From: Acutalibacteraceae bacterium
GTDB taxonomy: Bacteria > Bacillota > Clostridia > Oscillospirales > Acutalibacteraceae
Direction: 5' to 3'
Length of the DNA: 64,000 bases
Assembly: GCA_045650165.1 (NCBI GenBank)
Contig: JAZRQW010000024.1
Location: 25,661 to 89,660, forward strand
Shown here: piece by piece, positions 18,814-26,668 of the stretch
Numbering within the stretch: position 1 is the stretch's first letter
Layout: each line of letters starts with the position of its first letter
Notes under the pieces: model-generated
What the model was told of the DNA's origin: nothing
Seen by the model: the letters and a program-made list of their open reading frames with translations, nothing else
Databases searched by the model: none
Made by a program: the position numbers and the translations under genes

Positions 18814-19968
18814 TTGACTATGTCTGAACTTCAGGAATATATAAATAAAATATTTGACGATAGTATTTATAAGGCTGTTATAAGCAAGCCAAAAGCCAAA
18901 GACAGTGAATACCGCAAAATTACGGTTGAGCGCTTGCCGAAATTTTACCAGATAGCAAAATACACCGAAAAACAGGTTTTCCACGAAAATATACCGTTTG
19001 ACAAAATTGCCGAGCGGTGCTGTGAAATAATTGACGGTCAGTATCTTCAGCTCAATGCCTGGGGTGTGGAAAAGGAGCATTGCATCACCGTTTCCAAAAA
19101 GGGTAAGATTTTCTACGGCGCGAAAAAGAATGCCTCTGCGGTGAAAAATCAGCCTGCTTCGCACAACAGACAAAAGCAGTATATTCTCCCCGAGGGTCAG
19201 ATTATCGAGCCGCTTGTGGATATGGGCATATTCACAAAAGAGGGCAGAGTAGTGCAGTCTATGTACGATAAGTACAGGCAGATTAACCGCTTCGTTGAGC
19301 TGATTGACGACTGCATCAAGCAGAATAATTACAAAAAACTCAACATAATTGATTTCGGCTGCGGCAAATCTTATCTTACCTTTATCGTTTATTACTATCT
19401 GACTGAAATCAGAAAAATTGAGGCAAACATAATCGGTCTTGACCTGAAAAAGGACGTAATCGAAAAGTGCAACAAAGCGGCGCAGAAGTACGGTTACGAA
19501 AACCTGCGCTTTGAGCTTGGCGATATCAACGGTTATAAATGCCCGTTTGATGTTGATATGGTCATAACTCTTCACGCCTGCGATACGGCTACAGATTATG
19601 CACTTTATAACGCAATTAACTGGAATGCGAAGATGATTTTTTCCGTGCCCTGCTGTCAGCATGAGCTGAATAATCAGCTTTCTACGGAGAATCTTTCGCT
19701 TCTTACCCGCTACGGTATAATTCAAGAGCGTTTTGCCGCCTTGCTTACCGATTCTGTGCGCGCAAATCTGCTTGAATACTGTGGCTATAAAACGCAGGTG
19801 CTTGAATTCATCGACCTTTCTCATACGCCTAAAAACCTGCTCATCCGTGCCGTACTTAACCCGAGCGCAACGAAAAAATCAAAGGAAAAAGCACTCGCAG
19901 AGGTCAAGGAGGCAATTGCCGAATTCAACGTAAAACCAACGCTTTACGAGCTTGTAATGAACAAATAA
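18814..19968 (+). CDS. class I SAM-dependent methyltransferase of unknown substrate
   Basis: SAM motif I IIDFGCGKSYLT, then a post-I acidic residue (GLDL) and HACDTATD. 384 aa with a non-catalytic N-terminal domain of about 170 aa. Confidence 0.75.
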   Translation: MTMSELQEYINKIFDDSIYKAVISKPKAKDSEYRKITVERLPKFYQIAKYTEKQVFHENIPFDKIAERCCEIIDGQYLQLNAWGVEKEHCITVSKKGKIFYGAKKNASAVKNQPASHNRQKQYILPEGQIIEPLVDMGIFTKEGRVVQSMYDKYRQINRFVELIDDCIKQNNYKKLNIIDFGCGKSYLTFIVYYYLTEIRKIEANIIGLDLKKDVIEKCNKAAQKYGYENLRFELGDINGYKCPFDVDMVITLHACDTATDYALYNAINWNAKMIFSVPCCQHELNNQLSTENLSLLTRYGIIQERFAALLTDSVRANLLEYCGYKTQVLEFIDLSHTPKNLLIRAVLNPSATKKSKEKALAEVKEAIAEFNVKPTLYELVMNK

Positions 19969-19977
19969 CTCTCTTTA

Positions 19978-20009
19978 AAAGACCGTCACGCACGGTCTTT
20001 AAATTTTTG
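19978..20009 (+). terminator. intrinsic terminator ending the metF-to-methyltransferase string
   Basis: Stem AAAGACCGT (19978-19986) / ACGGTCTTT (19992-20000) with a 5-nt loop, followed by AAATTTTTGT. Confidence 0.65.
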
Positions 20010-20011
20010 TA

Positions 20012-20040
20012 TTGACAATTGGTTACAGCTTTGTTAACAT
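20012..20040 (+). promoter_or_regulatory. candidate sigma-A promoter of the padR operon
   Basis: TTGACA (20012-20017), 17-nt spacer, TAACAT (20035-20040). Confidence 0.45.
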
Positions 20041-20042
20041 GT

Positions 20043-20074
20043 ACATAGAGTACCGAGGTATCGGAGCTCTATGT
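20043..20074 (+). promoter_or_regulatory. 32-bp imperfect inverted repeat, candidate PadR operator (or 5'-UTR hairpin)
   Basis: ACATAGAGTACCGA-GGTA-TCGGAGCTCTATGT, with 12 of 14 positions complementary between the arms and outer ACAT...ATGT half sites. Begins 3 nt after the predicted -10. An ATGTACAT palindrome overlaps the -10. Confidence 0.4.
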
Positions 20075-20096
20075 ATTGAAAAGAGGAGGCAGAATT

Positions 20097-20441
20097 ATGA
20101 ACATAAAAAAAGAGCTTTCAAAGGGCAGCAGCTCTTTGCTTGTGCTTTCCGTGCTTGAGGGTAAGGATATGTACGGTTATCAGATTATAAAGGAAATTGA
20201 GCTGCGAAGCGAAAAGGTTTTTTCGTTCAAAGAAGGCACGCTTTATCCTATTTTACACAGCTTTGAAAACAACGGTTACGTTAAATCATACTGGGATGAA
20301 AGCGAGCAAGGCAGAAAGAGGAAATATTATAAAATCACAAAGAAAGGTCTCAAAGCACTCGAGGAATCAAAAGAGGAGTGGAAGGCTTACTCTGCGGCAG
20401 TCGGTAAGGTTATAAACGGTAAAGCGATTGCCGTTAACTGA
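20097..20441 (+). CDS. PadR-family transcriptional regulator
   Basis: Winged-HTH signature GYQIIKEIELRS...EGTLYPILHSFENNGYVKSYW. RBS AGAGGAGG before ATG 20097. The TTG at 20076 is less likely. Confidence 0.85.
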   Translation: MNIKKELSKGSSSLLVLSVLEGKDMYGYQIIKEIELRSEKVFSFKEGTLYPILHSFENNGYVKSYWDESEQGRKRKYYKITKKGLKALEESKEEWKAYSAAVGKVINGKAIAVN

Positions 20442-20454
20442 GGAGGTGCAGACA

Positions 20455-21951
20455 TTGAACAGAATTAATGATTATGTTAATTCCCTTGTCCCTTCAAATA
20501 TCCCCAAAAGAAAACAGCAGGATATCCGCGAAGAGCTGCTTTCACACATTTTCGACAGAACAGATTATTACAAAGAAATCGGTTACGATACGGATTCTGC
20601 AATTGACAAAGCCCTTTGCGATATGGGTGAGGATGAAAGCGTAAAATTAAGCATTCGCAATAAATTTGAAGAGCTTCATTTTGAGCGTACGTGGTGGTCG
20701 TTTGTTGCCGGTGCGATTATACTTTCGATGAACTTGTTGTGTTTTCCGTTGGGCTTGTGGGTAACCTCTGCCGATTTTAACGACGAGCCTACCCCTTTTA
20801 CAGCCTTTATCAGCTTTTCAATGATATTCGTTATGCTCTTTGGAGTTGTCTTTGCGAGGATTAAAAAATACCGTAAAATACTTATCGGTATAGGTGTTGC
20901 CAACGCAATTGTAGCAGGCTGTTTTCTGATTTGCTTCTATCCGCAGTCAGCATTTTATGTGCTGGATTTAAACACAATCTGTCTGCTTGACCGCTTCACA
21001 CCGCTTTATATGAACGACATATTTCAATACTACGTCGGCGGATTTTTCTATTGGGGCTGTATAGCGTTTCTCGGGCTTACTTCTCTTTATTGCTTCCTTA
21101 TGGCTGTCCTGCTTAAAATAGACATAGCCAAATCGGTTGAAAAAGCAAAAGGAAAACTTATCGCTTTTTCCGTGGCTTATCTTGCTTTTGCGGTGTTTTC
21201 CTGCGGCATTTATCCGTGGAGCGAGGCTTATGAAAAGAACTATCCGATGTGGTTTAATGAGTATAGCAGATGTATCAGTGAAGAAACAGATATACTGTAT
21301 GAAAACATAGAACCGCTTGACGATTATGACACAGTTGCCGCTTATCTTTCCGAAAACGGATGGATGACACTTGAAGCCTACGAAAATACGCTTGACAGGG
21401 TAACTGCAAAGCAGTTCCGCGGCGAACTCAGGCGTTTCAGCTTTGAAGACGGCTACGAGGTGTGGTTTAACCCTGAAAAACTGAAAGATATAGCCGGCAA
21501 CGGTTTTGTTGCCGTGCGCAAGAACGCTGAAAACAAAATCATCGGAAAAAGCGTCGGCAATATTGACACCGATATTTATAATGAATACGGCTTCGGATAT
21601 TCAAGCACCAGTTATGAGAGACGTGACGATATGAAAGAGCTTATTGCCGCCTTTGATAACCTGAAAAAAGGCGACAGGGAAGAGGATGTGCTGGCTGTAT
21701 TCGGCTCTGATATCGGCGTTATTTTTCAGTACGGTGAGATTTACACGAAATCCGCTTCTCTCGAAAACGGCGTGCTGAAAACCTATTACCGTGTTTACAG
21801 CTTCGGTACGGTTTACCCCGAGAAAAAAAGCTGGTACGACCGTGTGCAGGACAGATATTTTGAGTTCACCTTTGAGAACGGTCTGCTTACCAACGGTAAA
21901 ATGCATTGGAACGACTATCCCGATGGTTATGAATACCGTTCGGTGAAATAA
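20455..21951 (+). CDS. multi-pass membrane protein with a DUF1700-like N-terminal helical domain and a C-terminal soluble domain of unknown function (PadR partner)
   Basis: GAGGAGGTG RBS 6 nt before the in-frame TTG at 20455. N-terminus NRINDYVNSLVPSNIPKRKQQDIREELLSHIFD, then about 5-6 TM helices, then a domain of about 230 aa rich in Y/E/N/G with no motif I recognise. Confidence 0.7.
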   Translation: MNRINDYVNSLVPSNIPKRKQQDIREELLSHIFDRTDYYKEIGYDTDSAIDKALCDMGEDESVKLSIRNKFEELHFERTWWSFVAGAIILSMNLLCFPLGLWVTSADFNDEPTPFTAFISFSMIFVMLFGVVFARIKKYRKILIGIGVANAIVAGCFLICFYPQSAFYVLDLNTICLLDRFTPLYMNDIFQYYVGGFFYWGCIAFLGLTSLYCFLMAVLLKIDIAKSVEKAKGKLIAFSVAYLAFAVFSCGIYPWSEAYEKNYPMWFNEYSRCISEETDILYENIEPLDDYDTVAAYLSENGWMTLEAYENTLDRVTAKQFRGELRRFSFEDGYEVWFNPEKLKDIAGNGFVAVRKNAENKIIGKSVGNIDTDIYNEYGFGYSSTSYERRDDMKELIAAFDNLKKGDREEDVLAVFGSDIGVIFQYGEIYTKSASLENGVLKTYYRVYSFGTVYPEKKSWYDRVQDRYFEFTFENGLLTNGKMHWNDYPDGYEYRSVK

Positions 21952-22048
21952 TGTTTAAAACTATCTGCGTATAGTTGTTTTGGGGAAAGTGTGAAATCAG
22001 GCTCTTGTATAAATATAAAAAATATGTATGCTTTATACAATAAAACCC

Positions 22049-22077
22049 TTGCAAAATTCTTATTCATAGTTTATAAT
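22049..22077 (+). promoter_or_regulatory. candidate sigma-A promoter of the TAXI-TRAP operon
   Basis: TTGCAA (22049-22054), 17-nt spacer, TATAAT (22072-22077). Confidence 0.45.
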
Positions 22078-22091
22078 GATAAAGACTAAGT

Positions 22092-22122
22092 TTCCGAAAG
22101 CGGAATTTTGCGATTTTCGGAA
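22092..22122 (+). promoter_or_regulatory. 5'-UTR hairpin upstream of the TAXI receptor gene
   Basis: TTCCGAAA (22092-22099) pairs with TTTCGGAA (22115-22122) across a 15-nt loop. Lies between the predicted -10 and the AGGAGG RBS. Confidence 0.3.
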
Positions 22123-22143
22123 CAAATAACAGGAGGTAAACTT

Positions 22144-23145
22144 ATGAAGAAAAGATTAGCAATCGTTCTCTCCCTCGTACTCGCACTTTCAATGCTGCTC
22201 CTTACTGCTTGCGGCGACAAACCTGTTGAGGATCCCGCAAATGACCCCGTAGCAGGCGACCTTTCCGCACAGGAAATCATCGTCGGCACAGGTGGTTCAA
22301 CAGGTACATACTACGGCTTCTGTAACACGATTTCGTCCATCCTTAAGGACAAAGTCGGCGCAAACCTTATGATTCAGTCTTCCGGTGCTTCCAAGGCTAA
22401 TATCCTTGACATCGATGACGGCAACGTTGATATGGCTATCGTTCAGAACGACGTTATGGACTATGCTTACAACGGCACATCTCTCTTTGCAGATGTTGGC
22501 GCTATCAAGTCTTTCTCCACACTCGGTGCAGCTTATGCTGAGGTTTGCCAGATTGTTGCAAGAGCAGATTCCGGCATCAAGACAGTTGCTGACCTTGCAG
22601 GCAAGAAGGTTTCCGTAGGCGACAGCGGCAGCGGTGTTGAATTCAACGCACAGCAGATTCTCGGTGCATACGACATCACCTTCGAGCAGATTGACAAGCA
22701 GAACCTCAGCTTCCAGGCATCCGCAGATGCTCTTAAGGACGGCAAGATTGACGCTTTCTTCTGCACAGCAGGTGCTCCCACAGTTGCTATCACAGACCTT
22801 TCCACAACAACAGGTATCGTTCTTGTTGAAATCGATGCTGAGCATCTTGCAAAGCTCCAGTCCGAGTACGGCTTCTATGCTGAGTACAAGGTTCCCGCAG
22901 GCACATACAACGGTATCGATGCTGACGCTACAACAGTTGCTGTTAAGGCTACATTTATCGTAAGCAACGACCTTGACGAGGAAACAGTTTACCAGCTTAC
23001 AAAGGCTATCTACGAGAATAAGGATGAATACACACACGAAAAGGCAGCAGAAATGAGCCTTGAGTATGCAGTATCCAGCATCTCCGTTCCCTTCCATCCC
23101 GGTGCAGAAAGATACTTTAAAGAGGTTGGCGCAATCGCTGAATGA
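22144..23145 (+). CDS. TAXI-family TRAP transporter solute-binding lipoprotein
   Basis: Lipobox LLLTAC-GD, TAXI motif VGTGGSTGTYYGF. RBS AGGAGG before ATG 22144. Confidence 0.85.
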   Translation: MKKRLAIVLSLVLALSMLLLTACGDKPVEDPANDPVAGDLSAQEIIVGTGGSTGTYYGFCNTISSILKDKVGANLMIQSSGASKANILDIDDGNVDMAIVQNDVMDYAYNGTSLFADVGAIKSFSTLGAAYAEVCQIVARADSGIKTVADLAGKKVSVGDSGSGVEFNAQQILGAYDITFEQIDKQNLSFQASADALKDGKIDAFFCTAGAPTVAITDLSTTTGIVLVEIDAEHLAKLQSEYGFYAEYKVPAGTYNGIDADATTVAVKATFIVSNDLDEETVYQLTKAIYENKDEYTHEKAAEMSLEYAVSSISVPFHPGAERYFKEVGAIAE

Positions 23146-23663
23146 GCAAAGTCTCAGCTGACTTCAGAAAAACGTTAATCACAGCAGCCGTTTTAATGAT
23201 ATTCATTACAGCGGCTGCTGTATTTATAAAAACCGCTTCGGCTGAGTACCTGGTTTTATACAATGCTGATACCGGGGAGCGTTATATAACCGAAAAAGCC
23301 GAAGAGGGGATGATGTTTTCCGTTGAGTTTATCCACTCGGTCAACAAAACCCCGGTCAAAGACACTTTTATAATCGAAAACGGAGAAATCCGTGCATATT
23401 CTACCACTTATCGCTCCTTCGGCGCAGGTGTTCAGACGGCGCTTGAAGGTGACCAGAAAATGACCTATGACGAGCACGGTAATATGATTATTACGGGCTT
23501 CGATATTACTTACGACCCGTTGAGATATTGTGTCGGTACCGTGTCCGACCACATTCTCACCCTCGGCGGTGAAGAAATCAGCCTTCGCAATATGTGCGGC
23601 AGAAGCGAAAGGGTGGCATTTGAAACCGTTACGGGATTTGAAATTCTGACGAAAGGAATGTAG
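23142..23663 (+). CDS. DUF1850 domain protein
   Basis: N-terminal TM helix, FSVEFIHSVNKTPVKD...RSFGAGV pattern. ATGA overlap with the TAXI gene, positioned between receptor and permease. Confidence 0.75.
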   Translation: MSKVSADFRKTLITAAVLMIFITAAAVFIKTASAEYLVLYNADTGERYITEKAEEGMMFSVEFIHSVNKTPVKDTFIIENGEIRAYSTTYRSFGAGVQTALEGDQKMTYDEHGNMIITGFDITYDPLRYCVGTVSDHILTLGGEEISLRNMCGRSERVAFETVTGFEILTKGM

Positions 23664-23666
23664 TTG

Positions 23667-25649
23667 ATGTCAGATGTAAACACCAAGCCCATTGGCATGC
23701 AGGCTGATGAGGACGAAGTTATTGATGTTGACAAATTGATGGCGGACTTCGACAAGGAGTCAAACACACGCCATTTCTCAGGTATATTTGATAAAATAAT
23801 AAAAATAGGTATGGTGCTTTTTTCCCTCTATGTTATGTTCGACGGTTGGACGGGCACCATGGAGGAAAGGCAGAAAATGTCATGGTTCATCGGAATCATT
23901 GTCTTTATCGCCTTTATTCTCTACCCCGTAAGCAAGAAAGAAAAGAAAAGGCTCAATCATGTGCCTTTCTATGATTACATATTTGCGGTTTTAGGCTCGG
24001 GAGCTTTCTTTTACTACGCAATTAACTGCCAGGCTATTGTTGACAGAGCTTCCAGAATCAACGAGCTTGATATTGCTGTTGCAATTGTCGGTACGCTTCT
24101 TTTGTTTGAAGCCTGCCGAAGGGTTGTCGGTCTGCCGATAGTCTGTGTATCTGCGGCGTTTATTGCCTACGCCTTTATTGTTGTAAACCGCAACCCGTTA
24201 AGGGTTATTATGTATAAGCTCTTCTACACAACAGAAGGTATTGCAGGCACACCCCTTAACGTTTGTGCATCGTTCATTGTTCTGTTCATTATTTTTGCTT
24301 CCTTCCTCGAGCAATCGGGAATAGGCGCCTTCTTTGTTGACCTTGCTAACTCAATCGCAGGTAAGGCAACGGGTGGCCCTGCAAAGGTTGCTGTTATTTC
24401 CAGCGCAATGGAAGGTATGTATTCCGGTTCATCCGTTGCCAACACAGTCGGTAGCGGCTCGGTTACAATTCCCACAATGAAGCGTTGCGGCTACAAGCCT
24501 GAATTTGCTGCCGCAGTTGAAGCCGCGGCCTCCACAGGCGGTCAGATTATGCCGCCTATTATGGGCGCTGCTGCCTTCCTTATGACTGAATACACGGGTA
24601 TGCCTTATTCGCAGATCATTATTGCTGCAATTCTTCCTGCCGTGCTTTACTTCACAGGTATCTTTATGATGATTCACTTTGAAGCAAAGAAGCTCGGTCT
24701 TAAGGGTCTTCCCAAGGAAGCTATCCCGAATTTCTTCAAGCTTGTTTTCTCCAAGGGCTACCTTCTTCTTCCCGTTGTTGCTCTTGTTCTTGCGATGAAC
24801 ACTTTCTCTCCCGCAAAGTCTGCTATTATTGCAATACTTTGCGCCATAGGTGTCAAGCTTGTTGAAGGTCTTGTAAAATCAATAGTACACAAGAAGTTTG
24901 AGTTTGATTTCACTCTGTATTTCCGCTCACTTGCAAACGGCACAAAGAACGCAATCGGTGTTGCCCTTGCCTGTGCGGTTGCTGGTTGTATCTCCGCAAT
25001 GGTACAGCAGACGGGTCTTGCAAACGTTCTGTCCTCACTCGTTCAGTCCGCTTCGCAGATTCATCCGATTTTCGCACTTATGCTCACAATGCTTATGTGT
25101 ATTGTTCTTGGTATGGGTGTTCCCACAACGGCAAACTATGTTATTATGGCATCGATGGTTGCACCTATCCTTATCCGCAGCCTCAGCCTTCCCGTGCTTG
25201 CAGCACACATGTTTGTTTTCTACTTCGGCATTGTTGCGGATATCACTCCGCCCGTTGCTCTTGCTGCCTATGCAGGCTCAGCTATCGCAAAGTCCAACCC
25301 GCTTAAAACGGGTGTCACAGCAACCCGTCTTGCAATTACGGCGTTTATCGTGCCTTATATCTTTGCTTTCAGCCCCGAAATGCTTATCGTTGGCTCCAAT
25401 GCACCGTGGTACGAAATCGTACTTCTCGTTGTTACAGCTGTTTCAGGTATCTTCATCATATCCGCAGGTATGGAGGGCTATCTTCTCAAAGAAATGCCCT
25501 GGTGGCAGAGAATACTTGCCCTTGCAGGCGGACTTTGTATGGTTATCCCCGGCATAGCAACAGACGCTGCCGGCGTTGCAATAATAGTCGTGCTTCTGCT
25601 TCTCCAGAAGTTTACGGGTAACAAAAAGAGCAAAGTAAAAACAGCATAA
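23667..25649 (+). CDS. TRAP transporter fused (DctQ-DctM type) permease
   Basis: About 660 aa, highly hydrophobic, about 18 TM segments. Directly follows TAXI and DUF1850. Confidence 0.85.
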   Translation: MSDVNTKPIGMQADEDEVIDVDKLMADFDKESNTRHFSGIFDKIIKIGMVLFSLYVMFDGWTGTMEERQKMSWFIGIIVFIAFILYPVSKKEKKRLNHVPFYDYIFAVLGSGAFFYYAINCQAIVDRASRINELDIAVAIVGTLLLFEACRRVVGLPIVCVSAAFIAYAFIVVNRNPLRVIMYKLFYTTEGIAGTPLNVCASFIVLFIIFASFLEQSGIGAFFVDLANSIAGKATGGPAKVAVISSAMEGMYSGSSVANTVGSGSVTIPTMKRCGYKPEFAAAVEAAASTGGQIMPPIMGAAAFLMTEYTGMPYSQIIIAAILPAVLYFTGIFMMIHFEAKKLGLKGLPKEAIPNFFKLVFSKGYLLLPVVALVLAMNTFSPAKSAIIAILCAIGVKLVEGLVKSIVHKKFEFDFTLYFRSLANGTKNAIGVALACAVAGCISAMVQQTGLANVLSSLVQSASQIHPIFALMLTMLMCIVLGMGVPTTANYVIMASMVAPILIRSLSLPVLAAHMFVFYFGIVADITPPVALAAYAGSAIAKSNPLKTGVTATRLAITAFIVPYIFAFSPEMLIVGSNAPWYEIVLLVVTAVSGIFIISAGMEGYLLKEMPWWQRILALAGGLCMVIPGIATDAAGVAIIVVLLLLQKFTGNKKSKVKTA

Positions 25650-25658
25650 TTAAAACCA

Positions 25659-25698
25659 AAAGCACTTCTCTGGATAATTCAGACGAAGTGCTTTTTTA
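25659..25698 (+). terminator. intrinsic terminator after the TRAP operon
   Basis: Stem AGCACTTCTCTG / CAGA(c)GAAGTGCT (12 bp, one bulge) followed by T6. Confidence 0.75.
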
Positions 25699-25703
25699 TT
25701 ATG

Positions 25704-25732
25704 TTGATATTTATTTTTACTTGTGTTAGAAT
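25704..25732 (+). promoter_or_regulatory. candidate extended -10 promoter of the GH16 gene
   Basis: TTGATA (25704-25709), 17-nt spacer ending in TGT, TAGAAT (25727-25732). Confidence 0.45.
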
Positions 25733-25756
25733 TTAAAACACAAAGGAGAGATGATT

Positions 25757-26617
25757 ATGAATTTTATCAAATCGATTTTTGCTTTAGTACTCAGTCTAAT
25801 TCTCTCGTACTTACCTTCAACCTCTTTTCCCTCAATTCCTCATGAGGACGATTTCGTGCTGCAATGGTCGGACGAATTTGATGGTGACAGTGTTGATAAA
25901 ACTAAGTGGACCTGCAATTACACCGGTGAAGAATCAGTAATCCGCAAGGGTGGAATCTGGAACCCTGATTTTGCTGCGGTAAAGGACGGCAACCTCCATA
26001 TCCGCACGGAATATTACCCTGACGGCTACAACGGTAACGGTATTCCCGGCTGGTATACGGCTCGCCTTAATTCTATCGGTCTTTTTACTCAGCGTTACGG
26101 CTATTTCGAAACAAGGTGTATTCTGCCCAAGGGCAAGGGTCTGTGGTCTGCCTTTTGGCTTATGAGTCACGGCGTAGGCACAGTCGGTAACGGCGGTGTT
26201 GACGGTGCTGAGATAGATGTTTTTGAATCCGCTTTTTACGACAGTCCGTCATTTTTCAAAAACCGTGTTACTTCAAATATCCACTATGACGGCTACGGCG
26301 AGGAGCACAGACAGAAGAATATATGCAAGCCTTTTGTTTTTATCAACAATCCTTATGAAGAATACAACACCTACGGCCTTGAGTGGAACGAGGATGAATA
26401 TATCTTCTATATAAACGGTATTGAAACGGGCAGAAGCGATTTCGGCGGTGTTTCTCAGGCGGAGGAATGGCTCATTCTTTCCGTTGAGGTCGGCGGTGAA
26501 AACGGCGTTCCGGGTGAAAGCTGGGTCGGCGCTTCAATCGAAACCAATACCGAGCCGCTGACAGATTTTATTGTTGACTATGTAAGAGTTTATCAGTATA
26601 AAGATTTGGTGGAATAA
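25757..26617 (+). CDS. secreted glycoside hydrolase family 16 (beta-glucanase/laminarinase-like)
   Basis: N-terminal signal-like hydrophobic segment. GH16 catalytic motif EIDVFES (ExDxxE). ATG 25757 has better spacing to AAAGGAGAG than ATG 25751. Confidence 0.8.
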   Translation: MNFIKSIFALVLSLILSYLPSTSFPSIPHEDDFVLQWSDEFDGDSVDKTKWTCNYTGEESVIRKGGIWNPDFAAVKDGNLHIRTEYYPDGYNGNGIPGWYTARLNSIGLFTQRYGYFETRCILPKGKGLWSAFWLMSHGVGTVGNGGVDGAEIDVFESAFYDSPSFFKNRVTSNIHYDGYGEEHRQKNICKPFVFINNPYEEYNTYGLEWNEDEYIFYINGIETGRSDFGGVSQAEEWLILSVEVGGENGVPGESWVGASIETNTEPLTDFIVDYVRVYQYKDLVE

Positions 26618-26626
26618 AATAAAGCA

Positions 26627-26656
26627 GGGGCAGTCTTATGCAAATAAGACTGCCCC
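26627..26656. terminator. bidirectional terminator hairpin between convergent GH16 and DUF2804 genes
   Basis: 12-bp perfect stem GGGGCAGTCTTA / TAAGACTGCCCC with a 6-nt loop. A-rich on the left flank, T-rich on the right. Confidence 0.65.
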
Positions 26657-26668
26657 GTTATTATTGGT

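Noticed and set aside
18766-19824. 352-aa ORF on the minus strand opposite the methyltransferase and the nhaC 3' end.
   Set aside because: It is codon-aligned antisense to a gene with a clear SAM-binding motif. The translation is low-complexity (K/I/F/L/R-rich) with no recognisable motif and no RBS. It is explained by avoidance of TTA/CTA/TCA in the sense gene.
21957-21980. Hairpin AACTAT-N6-ATAGTT followed by GTTTT after the PadR-partner gene, considered as a terminator.
   Set aside because: The stem is only 6 bp and all A/T-rich, with a poor T-run. That is too weak to call, although some termination here is possible.
22297-23097. 266-aa minus-strand ORF inside the TAXI receptor gene. Similar cases occur at 11268-12044, 29775-30572, 16135-16796 and 38498-39145.
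   Set aside because: These are antisense shadows of well-supported plus-strand genes, with Cys/Asn/Val-rich nonsense composition and no translation signals.
24898-25557. 219-aa alternative-frame plus-strand ORF inside the TRAP permease gene.
   Set aside because: It is an out-of-frame overlap with a continuous 660-aa membrane protein. Its Ser/Leu/Pro/Arg-rich composition is typical of an off-frame reading.
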